A model generated the notes under the pieces. The model was not told where the DNA came from. It saw only the letters and a program-made list of their open reading frames with translations, and made no database searches. The translations under genes and the position numbers were made by a program. A stretch of 64,000 bases of DNA. It comes from Ascoidea asiatica JCM 7603. Its lineage: Eukaryota; Fungi; Ascomycota. This document shows positions 23,501 through 35,100 of the stretch, piece after piece (positions within the stretch are counted from its first letter, which is position 1; each line of letters starts with the position of its first letter). The DNA is taken from assembly GCA_001600695.1 (NCBI GenBank), contig BCKQ01000013.1, forward strand, positions 2,045 to 66,044. The letters run 5' to 3'.

Positions 23501-26500
23501 TGAATTCTCGTTACTCACCAAGGTATAACAAATACAATTTTTGATACTTATTAACAATTTTTGATTCTGAGTAAGGCTGGAATTGAGATATGTTCTTTCT
23601 GTCAATAACTTGTAGAAAAGAAAAACGAAGCTAAAAAGCATCGTGGAAAATTTATCTTCGTATACACTTTTGATATTCTTATAGTCATCAGTTTTGTTCT
23701 CTAATATTTTAACTATTCCTAAAAGTTCAAATCTTTCTAAAATATTGATTATCATTCTTGCATCATTTTTTGATGCTTTTTCTTTATCTATCTGATTTAT
23801 CAAAAATTGAATCTGAATAATATGTAAATCCCTAAAATAACCTTCTCTTGTCAATCCAGAACCGTTTTGTGCAGCACTTGAGTAGAGACTGCACTGTCTA
23901 TACGCAGGAGCTCCATTTCTAACCCAGAATGATGCAGAAATCTGCGAACATAAGACTAGCGTCCTTAATGAAACATCAGAAATTGAAAAGAAGTTGGATT
24001 TTCTTTGTTCAGTGTTAAAAATTAGCTTTATTTGTTCGAAATCGAATCGGAAGGCATCAAAAAATGTAGATATTAATGAATTTATAGGATTTAAAAAACC
24101 AACTTCCTCATCACTGACTGTAAATCCCGTTGTTTCAAAAACATCTCTGAAGTTAGGATTATCCAAAGAATTAATTTTAAAAACATTTTTACAAGAAACA
24201 TGATTTCTTTCATTGAAGGCCCCCAAAAAGTCAATCAAAAATATTAAGCGCTTTCTTACAACTGGAATACCTAAGTTTTTAGATTTTTGAACACTATCGT
24301 AGAATTCAGAATCATAAAAAAATTCTTGAATATTTTGATAGATTGTATTACAAAATTCAAAATGGAAAAAAAAATCTCTTGTTTCAAATTCTCTATGAGC
24401 CCCCTTTTCTCTTTGTATCTTCCAACTACTTTGAAATAATTTCAAAAAAGCAATCATTATAAAAAATAAAGTATTTTCTAACATTTTTAATTTTGCGCAA
24501 GGTTGATTTTTGGAAATTAAATCAGAGGTGCTTTGATTTTCAAGTAGAATTTTACTATATTCTGGAATAGATTTTTCTATTATATAAGATAATTCTTGAA
24601 TTCCAAGCATACTTAATATTCTATATTTTTTAAAGAAAAGGTCTTTGAAGGAGTACTTAGGATCATCATCTAGTTGTATTAAAGATGTTTCGGGAGCAAT
24701 CCACATCAAATCTTTTGATTTTTCATTATTGAGTTTATAATTTCCTATTTCTCTAAAATCAAAATTTTCAAAAAGATCTAATAATGGAGCGAGATAATAT
24801 TTAGCTTTATCAGAATTTATCATTCTTGTCACAGTTACTGAAGAAGTTAAAAATTGAGTACAAATTTCTCTAGTTATTGTTAACTCATATTCTCTATCAT
24901 TATCCAATGAGCATTTAGCTATAAAAGGAAAAATAGGTAAATAATGTTCTTCGAAAAACTCGAGTTTTTCTACAGATTTTATTGATGTCATGACTTCAGT
25001 AAGTAATTTAGTTAATTCTTTTCTTGAATTTTTATGAAATCTTGAAAGTAATGTTAATAAATATTGAATTTTTGAATTTTTTAAAGGGGTATTTTCATTA
25101 TAATCATATTGTAAAATTGAATTTGATGTAAATAGATTTTGTGGTTTTAAGGAGTCTGGATTATTAATTAATTTTGTTTTTGCGCCTGAAGGAATTTTAT
25201 TTTGATTCAATAAACTATTTTCAAAACAGAATCTATTAAAATTTTTTGGATCATTATATTCTTTTGGTAATTTAAATAATTTAATAAATTCATCATTCGG
25301 TATTAAATTTTCATTTGAAATTATTGAACCATCATAAATATTAAATAATGATTTAACTAAACTTTCTCTGAAAGTTTCTTGAAAATTATTATAATAACCT
25401 TTAGATTCAAGATATGAACTAGAATCATTTTCAAAACTAAAGCATCTTGAAATCCAATTAATTAATTCATAAGAAATTTGTTCTTTAATAAAATCTCTTT
25501 CATTTGCAATTGTAGCTTGTAAACTTGATCTTGAAGCTTTATCAAAGACATTTAAAACTTCATCTATATTTTTTGGTTTACCTAAAAGTGCAGCATAACC
25601 AATTATATCAATTCTTTTAGTATAAATCCAACCTTCATTTTTACCAACACCTAAAGTATATTTAATTGCATTACTTGCAACATCAAATGTATGAAAATTA
25701 TCATTCCATAAAAATACATTATAAATTGAGAGTGGATCATTAATTTTATTTAAATCATAAGATTTTTTTGAAAAAGTTCTTTGTTTAGTTAATTTTTCTA
25801 AAATTTTTTTTTTTTCACCAGTTTCACAATCTTGTAAAAATTTATTTATAAAAGGTATATTTTGAATTGAATTTGAATAAGTATCAATAATATAATTTAA
25901 AATTATATCTAAAGTTTTTATGAAATTTAATTTATCATTATTATTAAATAAAGGTTTAAGATTTTTTAATTTAATTTTTTTTTCATTTTCTTCTTCAATT
26001 ATTGAACATCTACAATGTAATTCATTTTTCCAAGTTTCTATATCACCACAATCACAAGTACCAAAACAACCATCTCTTGATTGAGTAACTTTAACAGAAT
26101 GATTTATATGATCTTTTTGATTAAAACAAAATATACATAATACACAAGTTTCATCAATAGCACAATCATTACATCTATAAATTGGTTCATTAAGTTTAAA
26201 AATTCTACCACATGGTCTACCATAATGAACAGGATTTTCAGTTTTTTTTTTAAAATTAAATTTTTCTTGATTTTTACTTGAATAAGTTGGATTATTATTT
26301 TCATAAGAATGAACTGAGAGTATTTCAAACATTTCTTGTTCATCATTACCATCATCATCATATTCATAATCATCATCATTATTATTAGTAACATTAGTAA
26401 TGTTATTATTATCATCAGTCATTAAAGTATCACCATCATTTTCAAGAGATGCAACGTTATCATTATCGTCATCATCTTCTTCTTCATCATCATCGTCATC

Positions 26501-27013
26501 ATCATCATCGGAATTATTTGAATCAGAAGATTCATTATCAGATTTATCCATATCATTTAATTCTTCATCAGTTTTATAAAAAGATAAAAGAGTAGAGTCA
26601 AATTTTATATCTTTTTCAAGTACAAAATCATCAGAATAACAATGATTATCACCAAATTTTAAATAAGTATTAATTTCATTCCAATTTTTTGGTAAATTAT
26701 TACCATTATTAGAAATATTACAAGAATTATTTTTCTCAAATAATAATTTAAATTTTTTTGATTGTAAAAGTTGAAAAAAACATGCTCTATTTATTGATAA
26801 ATTTAAATTATCATTAATTAAAAATTTATTTGAAATTGGCAAAAAAAGTAAAAAATCTTTTAAATTTTTTATATTTGAATTTAATTTTATTTGTTCTTCA
26901 GTTTGTAAATTAAAATTTTTAAAGGTTTTTGAATTTTTTCTTGAACTTGATTTCTTATTACTATTATTGGTATTATTATTATTATTATCAGTGTGTGATA
27001 TTGAGATTTCCAT
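20558..27013 (-). CDS. UBR1: N-recognin E3 ubiquitin ligase (UBR box, ClpS-like domain, RING, C-terminal domain)
   Basis: UBR box CGRIFKLNEPIYRCNDC...CVLCIFCF...H...CDCGD, closer to the Ubr1 than the Ubr2 pattern. Also LWNDNFHTF, RING SCNHGIHFSC...CPLCNS and APYLNEHGE. Confidence 0.9.
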   Translation of the reverse strand: MEISISHTDNNNNNTNNSNKKSSSRKNSKTFKNFNLQTEEQIKLNSNIKNLKDFLLFLPISNKFLINDNLNLSINRACFFQLLQSKKFKLLFEKNNSCNISNNGNNLPKNWNEINTYLKFGDNHCYSDDFVLEKDIKFDSTLLSFYKTDEELNDMDKSDNESSDSNNSDDDDDDDDEEEDDDDNDNVASLENDGDTLMTDDNNNITNVTNNNDDDYEYDDDGNDEQEMFEILSVHSYENNNPTYSSKNQEKFNFKKKTENPVHYGRPCGRIFKLNEPIYRCNDCAIDETCVLCIFCFNQKDHINHSVKVTQSRDGCFGTCDCGDIETWKNELHCRCSIIEEENEKKIKLKNLKPLFNNNDKLNFIKTLDIILNYIIDTYSNSIQNIPFINKFLQDCETGEKKKILEKLTKQRTFSKKSYDLNKINDPLSIYNVFLWNDNFHTFDVASNAIKYTLGVGKNEGWIYTKRIDIIGYAALLGKPKNIDEVLNVFDKASRSSLQATIANERDFIKEQISYELINWISRCFSFENDSSSYLESKGYYNNFQETFRESLVKSLFNIYDGSIISNENLIPNDEFIKLFKLPKEYNDPKNFNRFCFENSLLNQNKIPSGAKTKLINNPDSLKPQNLFTSNSILQYDYNENTPLKNSKIQYLLTLLSRFHKNSRKELTKLLTEVMTSIKSVEKLEFFEEHYLPIFPFIAKCSLDNDREYELTITREICTQFLTSSVTVTRMINSDKAKYYLAPLLDLFENFDFREIGNYKLNNEKSKDLMWIAPETSLIQLDDDPKYSFKDLFFKKYRILSMLGIQELSYIIEKSIPEYSKILLENQSTSDLISKNQPCAKLKMLENTLFFIMIAFLKLFQSSWKIQREKGAHREFETRDFFFHFEFCNTIYQNIQEFFYDSEFYDSVQKSKNLGIPVVRKRLIFLIDFLGAFNERNHVSCKNVFKINSLDNPNFRDVFETTGFTVSDEEVGFLNPINSLISTFFDAFRFDFEQIKLIFNTEQRKSNFFSISDVSLRTLVLCSQISASFWVRNGAPAYRQCSLYSSAAQNGSGLTREGYFRDLHIIQIQFLINQIDKEKASKNDARMIINILERFELLGIVKILENKTDDYKNIKSVYEDKFSTMLFSFVFLFYKLLTERTYLNSSLTQNQKLLISIKNCICYTLVSNENSLSYHQFSNNLPRVVTADKKFDEALKEVSVFKPPAGINDEGTYMLKPDIITTLDPYCAYCDSPDDAAFLIRGCISHSKDLAQDTSMTRKRKSRKNANKIEEIVITPQFQELPEGLCEFSNFVRNPYFIGILTIILKISIQKDEYYNVLTLSLHLIHAMIIDNERVLKSNSSDLHESLIKHAIINLLYKLTRSSTQSNLIKKKSLTILKSLIKKREDLVIPMLLESFSEEEIRETFSKQNKSKTFSEGRKKRMAKKNKQKALEQLKTQQSEFEKKNSSDQASLDEDNDGINESGKNELRTCMICQKQENNEDLFGIYGYIGDHHSFWKIPFGSPDYIKRGFDKWENIFDTSSDLSEAPSTFFPVKANYSEIKCKKEAETMFGIENFDKKKIFTSCNHGIHFSCFSRLNSYQMNRGVKMFRCPLCNSLNNCFIPSFIISQTSITGLKSLTDIFCQPSFNELVAAEGETFKDGKEENCLTLSKFCFSSQLLEVIYSSKNSDSKNFSVKNSLIDHLCGIVFDIARLLDPSSQRNTLDETLRNISFLISNTISMHEISSRFDGDESYEKFVYRIRPNSLDAIKSLIQTRIILSILKPELVDRFISKGHGAFATTVLTFPMHNENNFFSQLLTMLFQSNIPGNKLIASYFKIQILFNSYSIIKRCSIDQTQVAAFCSSSSLSVKDQSRSRPFLNFLLRCNKDTSLSDENIYALSKVFLSITEKTILPYLRNTILFIMAIGSNRNNMSSLNMEFEECLKQIKGDLTVSDGAGIIYSLLKFLKLQPLNMVFEDIMSDTNSMLISDLLSPRCLSTNGSLYIDYPGVVSLINLPLELSEFLTDNESYLSSMGSLGSEADESDPNFTMLNTILSGSEPSLNKDNDFLICLQCGKKIFNSRHVKKHIADECSTFLGVFLSPQTNEIVINYKIEQQFFNTIINAPYLNEHGESGRASINGTGKFTLNLERYSYVIKTWLLAGFPDTLARAVASN

Positions 27014-29126
27014 TTTTTTGCTTTTTTAAAAAATACATATAAATAATATAAATCAAAATATTAAAATACTTTAGAAAATATATCTTGATATTATATTAAA
27101 TAGTATTTCTTCTTTTGATTTATTTATTAACAATTTGATTTAATATGAATTCAATTAGCAAACCTAATAAGAATTTATAAAAAAAAAGCTCTCAAATTTA
27201 TTAATTAGTTTTTTAAAGATGTTATGGATAAATGAGCAGCTTTAAAATAACCTAGGCTTACGTTACAATAGTAAACAAAGGACACTGACCACAGAAGCTG
27301 AGATTGAGTTAAAGGAATATTTAAAATTAAGACTAAGATAAATCAATCAATTGAATAATTGTAAACAAAAATATATGTTTATTTCCTTTAATTTGATTGA
27401 TATGAATATTTAGTTGATTATTAATTTGTATTTAAGTAATAAAGCAAGTAAGAAAGAAAGAAGGTAAGAAAATTCAGTTTTTCTTGGTTTACTACTCTTC
27501 TTGACTTCTGGTATTGAATTAACTTTGTAATGGATCAATTCCGAGCGGGAAGAATTTACTGGACTGTACTAATTACTACTGGGGCTGGAGTCCCAATAGA
27601 TTTATCTGTAAAGTAATGGAGAACCAAATTTGCAATGTAATTATTATCTCAAAAACCCCAGTGAAAAAGGGCAAACATTCATGAAATAAAGACAAATCTT
27701 TTCAACTTTGAATAAATTTACAAATTGTTTCCAGTTTACTTAAAAAGAAGAATTACTACAATTTTATATGGATTTAAAATTCAAAAACAATAAATCTCAA
27801 GAATAAAAACATGGAAATGGTAGATAATAAAGATGCAAATAACAAGTAACTTTGGGCCCTTTTTCTGATATCCTGTAGAAAGAATTGCCTTCATCAAAAA
27901 TTTTGTTATTCAATTCTACACTACAATTTAACAAAGACTAGAACAAATACTGTGATTGAAATATCCTTTTATATTTTCATTAAATTTTTTTATCCAATGG
28001 GTTTCTCTTTCTCCTTCTATTTCCTGTTGCTCTCAGATCTCTCAGTTCCAATCTCTTTTCCTTCACCTGGTTAACAATCAACTTTTACCGCACTCTTTAT
28101 TTCAGAATTACTCCGAAGTAACCATACCGACAGCGCATGTAACAGTATGAAAACAAGGTGAATCCGATCCTCAGTCACTTTCATTGACCCATGATTGTGG
28201 TCTCACATATTATCTATCCATAAACATGGTAGTACCAATATAAAGGTACTACCAGTGAAGAGGTAGCTGTAACAAAATGTATAAATATGCCTTTTTACAC
28301 GAGCTAGTATCACACTACATCTAGTAACGTCCAACTGCCTTCTTTCTTCTTCTCCAAAACCCCTGGGTTTGAATTACGTAATGTCACCTGCTTTTAGCTT
28401 TCAAATAAACCACGGTACTGTAACTTTGCTAACCTTCCCGAAACCACTATTGTTAAATCTTTAAATTGAGTATCCGCTACTATTTGGATAATATGCTGTA
28501 ACGTTAATAATCAGGAAAAACAAAATTATAAATTTTGAAAAAAAATATAGAAAAAATCAGAACAATCAAAATAATCAAAACATTCAAAACACCAGGTTAT
28601 TGTTCCTTCTTTTGAAAATAGAAGCTCGAATAAATTCATTTATCAACAAAGATTGAATTGTTCAATTTTGATACATTGAAATAACAATTAAATATCTTAA
28701 AGAACTTAGGCTATATTATACTTTGAGTATTCAATATTTTACTCCATTTGCAAATCAATAAATCAATCCTTTAATAAATCGATCTATCTATCTATCTATT
28801 TATCTATCAAACTATCAAACTATCAAATTATCAATCAATCAAGCTATTAATTAATCAATCAATCAACTAACTACAAACCTCTCTATTATATCAATTCTTG
28901 ACTGGTTCAGATTCTTACCTAATTCACTCCATTCTATCCCAATATAATTTACAATATTTATTTTTATATGCATCTTTTTATGAATTAACTGAATACTTTA
29001 AAATTTTTTTTCCTTAAATCATATAATATCCATAAAATATTCATAAAATAATCATAAAATAATCATAAAATAATCATAAAATAAAAATAAAATAAAAATA
29101 AAAAAAATAATAATTATTATTACTAA

Positions 29127-32100
29127 ATGAGTAATATAAATTCAAATAATCGAGGGATTTCCGATACAACTACAAGAAAAAGAAAAAAAACAAATAGTAA
29201 AATTAATGCTAATAAAAATTTAAATTCAGTTTCTAAAAGAAAACCAATTTCAAGAAAAAATTCAATTTTAAAATCAAATTCAAAATTAAATAATAATAGT
29301 GATTTAGATAGTGATTTATCTGATGCTTTAAGTACTTTTTCTACGGATGATGAGGATCAATTAATTCAAAATAATAACGTTAATGAAGAAGAAGAAGAGG
29401 CAGAGGAAGAAGAATATGATGAAAATGACAATGATTATCAAAATACTCAAAATTCTTCAAAAAAAAGAAAACTTGATAATAATAATAATGATAATAATAA
29501 ATTAAATAATAAACAATGGATTTCAAATAAAAAAGATTCTGTAAGAAGAAGAAATTTAAGAGAATTAAAAAATTTAAATAATATTTTAAGTACAAAATCA
29601 AAACAAAGTATATCCAATTTATCTAAATTATCCGATTTATCTGATCTTTCTGACTTATCTGATTTATCTGATCTATCTGATTTATCTGATACAAATAATA
29701 ATAATAATAATAATATTGATAAATCCAATAAAAAAAGTAATAAAAAAATTAATAAGAAGAATAATGATGATGATGGTGATGATGATTATGTCGATGATGA
29801 AAATATTAACAACAATAATAATAATGATGATGATTATGATGATGATGATGATGACGATGATGAAATAATGATAACAAGGGTAAAAAAAATTGATAAATCA
29901 AAACAAAAAAATTTGATTAATAAACCAATTAATCCTTCAATTAATACTCCAATTAATAAAAAAAGTATTAAGAAAAAACCAATTAAATCTAAAGAAAAAC
30001 CAAAATTAAATGATGTTAAGAAAATTAAATTAAATATTAGTAAAACTGCAAATTCAAATTCGAAAAAAAATTTAATTTCTAATAAAATTAATAATGAAAA
30101 ATTAAAAATTATTAAATCATTACCTGTAAGTTCAGTTCCAATAAGAAGTAAAAGAACTACAACAACTTTAAGACAACTTAAATTAAAAGATAATTTAAGA
30201 AAAATTAAAAATATTAATAATCCAAATAGTTCGCAATCTGAAATTATTGATATATCTTCAAGTGAAAGTGAAACTGACGATAATGAAACTTACAATTATA
30301 GTAATCATTATAATCATAATCATAATCATAATAATAATATTGTCAATAGTAGTACTACTAATATTTCAAGAAATATAATTCGTAGAAAACCATCTCCAAT
30401 TCCGGTATCTGGTAAAAAAGATAAAAAATATAGTTATACTGATAATAAAATTTCAAAGGATCTTGATCCAAATTTGAATCCCGATCTTAAAAATCCAAAA
30501 TCCAATAATAGTAATGATGATGATGACGATGATATTGACTCAGATACTGCTTCTTTATTTGGTCCTGATAGTGAAGAATCTTCAAAAAAATCTCAAAGTA
30601 ATAATTCAGATGACAATGATAATCAAAGTGAAAATGATGATTATAAATTTGTTTTTCCATCTCCTGATAATCCAAGAACTATAGCTTTAAAACAATTTTC
30701 AAATGAAGAAATTAAACAAGAATTATCAAAACTTGAAATTGATATTAGAACTTTATTAAATAAAATTCCTTATACTGATATTATATTCTTAGAATTTTTA
30801 AAAATTTTAACAAATTTATTATTATTTCCAAAAGAATCTATTAATCCAAGTTTATTAATGGGTTTAAAAATCAGAAAGACTTTAAAACAATTTTTTATTT
30901 CAAAATCAATTATTGAATCACATTTATATAAAGTATATCATTTTGATGAAATTAAAGATCATTTAGACAATTTATATTTTTTTTCTGGAAAAATTAATGA
31001 TTTTAAAAAATTAATGTTAACTAAAAAAAGAAATTCTTTTGGAATCTCAAAAGATTCCCTGAGAAAGTTGAATAAAAAAGCTTTGGAAAACAATGGCAAG
31101 GATAATAAAGAGGTAGATCAAATTGAAGAAAAAAATTCAAATGATGCTAAGGCAAATGAAACTGAAGTACCTTCAAAAGATTCAAAAGATATCAATGATG
31201 TACAAAATGAAAAAGATTCAAAAGATTTAAAAGATATAACAGTAAAAGACTCTAAAGACTCGGATATTAGTAAAGAAATTCAATCTGATTCACATAGATT
31301 AAGTATTGGCTCTATAAGTCCATTGGATAAAAGTAAACCTTTTTCAGAGAAAACAGCAAAGCCTTTGACACCATTTTTCAAAAAAACACCTTTTTTTAGT
31401 GATCTTAATGAGAGTCAATCTACGCCAAATAGTTCGGTTCTATCAATATTCACAAGAGGTGCTTCCAAATCATCTTCTTTTCCATCTGCAAATAGTTTAA
31501 CAGATTCTGCCCTAAAAAATATTCCGAATTTTTTAAGATCATCTAAATTAATTGATAGACAAATTAAAAAAAAATCAGATGCTTTATCTAAGGAAAAGTC
31601 TAAAATTGAAAAGCCAGATGAAATTAAAGAATTAATTAATCCAAAATTTCATAAACCTCCTCCATCAGGGCCCAAACTATATTCTGAAGATCAGTCTTAT
31701 GATAATTTTGAAAACTATGGTGATTTTGTTGATCTTACTGATAATTTCGATAAAGGAATGGATTTTGCTATGGATAACTCGAATTACGATGCATCATATG
31801 CTGAAAGTACCGCATATAATTCAAACCCCAATGAAAACAATAATGAAGCAAATAAAGATCAAGAATATGTTGATTTCTATGCTGAAAATGATTATAATAT
31901 GGAGCCAAGTTCCTACAATGATCCAGTTCAAAGTAGCTATAATGGTGATTATTCTTATGATAAAGCTCCATCCTATAATAAAGGTTTCAAAGATAATAAT
32001 AAATCAAAGGATAGGAATACTTATAATGCAAGATCTTCTTCTTTTGATAAAAAGAAAGGTTATGATTCTAGACAGAATAATTCGAATAGATATTCAAGAG

Positions 32101-35100
32101 ATTCATATTCAAAACGGTCTAATTCAAAGTCTTCAAATTTTTCTGAAACTTTCAGTCATAGTAGAAAAAACACCCGTGATTTTTCTAACAGAGGTTTTGA
32201 TTCAGAAAAACCTTCCTATGATTATTCAAAAGGAAATAATAGTAACTTCAAAAAGGATAAATTTAACAAAAAATCATACAATAATTCATCATATTTAGAA
32301 GTTAATAGGTCATTTGATACCTCTTTCCAGAAGAATAATAAATCTGATACTTATAAGGCTAATTCTTCAAGAGTTACCGAGAAAAATGGTGGGCAAGATA
32401 AAAACCTTGATCAGAATCATAGTACATATAATAATGGCTATGATTATAGTGAGAAATACGAAAATAATGAAGAAAATAAACGATATGATGAATATGACAA
32501 TTTTGACAATTATGACAACTATGACAACTTTGACAATTATGACAATTATGATAATATCAATGACAATCAAAATGATAAACAACATGATGAGCAAAATGAA
32601 GGACAAAACGGTAAGGTAGCTGATAAGATGGATATAAAATCAGGTGTTGAAGAAAAAACTAAAAATAATTATCAAGATAAATCGAATTCTATTTATGTGG
32701 ATCAGGAAAAAAACCTTATTGACAATAATAAACTAGGAACTCGTTTGCAAGAAAACAAAACAGTTAGCAAGGCCCAGACAGAGAATTCCGATGTGCTTAT
32801 TGCAGAAACAAAGAATATAGAAAAATCCAATGTTTACGACAACTTCGACAACTTTGACAACTATGATAATTATGATAACTGTGATAATAATGATACTTAT
32901 CTTGAGGAAAATAAAAAATCTACTGTAATTAAAAAAGATGATAAAGTTTTAAATAATAAAGTAGATAAGCCTAAAGATCTCAAATGCGATAGTTCCCAGC
33001 AACAACATGCAACAAGTTATAATAATAAAAAAGAAGAAAAGTATACTGAAAATCATAACTCCAATGAAAATTTTGATCAATATGACTCTCAAAATAACAA
33101 TGACAACCCGAAAAATCATGACAATTTTGATAGTTATGATAATTATGATAATTTTGATAATTACGACAATTTCGATGATTATGATAATACATATGAAAAA
33201 ACAAGTAATTCCAAACCTTTGAGCGGTGTGGGTTCAACTACCTCAGAAATTTCCAATAAAAAATTAGAGCCAGTAATAGAGACTGAGAAAAAATTTCCTG
33301 TTAAAAACAAAGCACAAATTAGCAAAAGCCAAGAAGCTGAAAGATTCAAGAATGGCACTAATGGTAATAGCAAGAGTTCCTATGGGTATAATAACAATCA
33401 TGAGAGTTATGATAACATTAAAATCGATAATAAAAAGAAAAAAGAGGTGCACAGTAAAAACATTCCTGTTCAAGCTGTCAAGAAATTAGATTTCAATAAT
33501 GAAAAACAAAAGCAGCTTCCACCAACTCTAAGCCTAGGAAAATCAGATCATAAAGAAAAATATATTGAACAAATACCTTCAAATCCTTCTAAGAATATTG
33601 AAAAACCAAAGGTTACAAAACCTTTGCCTACTTTATCCAAAAAAGAAGCTCCTAGAAAAAGTGTTGGGGAAATGGAAAACGAGCTTTCCAAAATCGACGC
33701 AATATTTCTGGAAACTTTTGATGCAAACTCAGATGAAACACCGCCTTCTGAAACAGAACCTATTTTGAAAGATGTAATCAATCATAGTTCTGAAAAAGAT
33801 TCACTGGAAACTGCTTTTGCTAGAGAAATCGAGGAAGTAGAAGAAAAAAGTTCTAACGAAAAAATTAATTCCGAATCTACCTTTAAACTGCGCGCAAAAG
33901 GTTCTGTCATTAATACCATTGAACCAGTTCCAAATGGCAATGAAGAGAAGAACTCTTATGATGCATATGATTCATTTGATAACTACAACACCCTAGATAA
34001 TGGTAATGATGTTGATAGTAAGCTTGAATATAATACTTACAATAACTATGAAATCACAGATTTTGTTGAAGGTGAAAATAATTATCATAATAAATCTAAT
34101 AATAAATCAGGTGGTAGCATTGAAAAAAATGCAAATGATTTTGATTATTATACAAATTCAAATATTTCAAAACAATTGGATTATAAAGAAATTGGAAAAA
34201 AAAATAGTTTAGGCAGTATTAATGATGTTATTAATATTGATTATGAAAATCAAAGTAGTCCAAAAAAAGAAATTCCAAAACACCCTATATCCTTAAATCA
34301 ATCTCAAAATTCGAAAAAAAATGCTGCTCCTCTTAAAAAATATGATTCTGGTCTTCTTAGTAGAGGATCCTCAAGAACATTTACTTCAAATTCTCAAAAT
34401 ACAGTATCCCCCAAAGATTCCAAAGGTATTACTTCAGAGGAAATTCTGGCAATAGATAATAAAGAGCCTACTGAATCATACATCAATTATGATAACTATG
34501 ATAATTATGATGAATGTGAGAATTATGGAAATCATGATGATTATGATAAGGCTCAAAATTATAATAGTTATGATTATTATGAAAATGAAAAATCCCAGGA
34601 AAAACTCGATAATTTTGATAAGATAGAAACTCAAAAAAACGAAAAATTTATGTCAAAGGAACCTTTACCGATTGTTTCTAAAAAATTGACTGCAAACGAT
34701 GCAAGACAAAGCTATTTTCCTAAAGGGCCAAAATCATCTATTGAACTCTCAAATGCAGATAATCAAATAAACGAAAATAATGACAATTTTTCTCAAAATC
34801 ATGCTGACGATGATAAATCAAATAATGAAACTGTGGAAAAAATTACTATAAAAACACCTAGAATCCAAGAATCCAAGTCAAATTCTGTTGGAAGTTCTAA
34901 CCAAGGAGCAAAAAAGTCAAAATTAACCGGAAAATTTCCCAGTGGGCCAAAATCTATAGCTGAAAGCCTTGTAAATGACTCGAAGAATAAGAATTCATCA
35001 AATGATTATCAAAATTTAAGAGAAAATAATATAACAGAGATAAGGATTGATAATTTGGATGAAAAACCTAAAAATAAAGACAAAGTAAAAACTACAGAAT

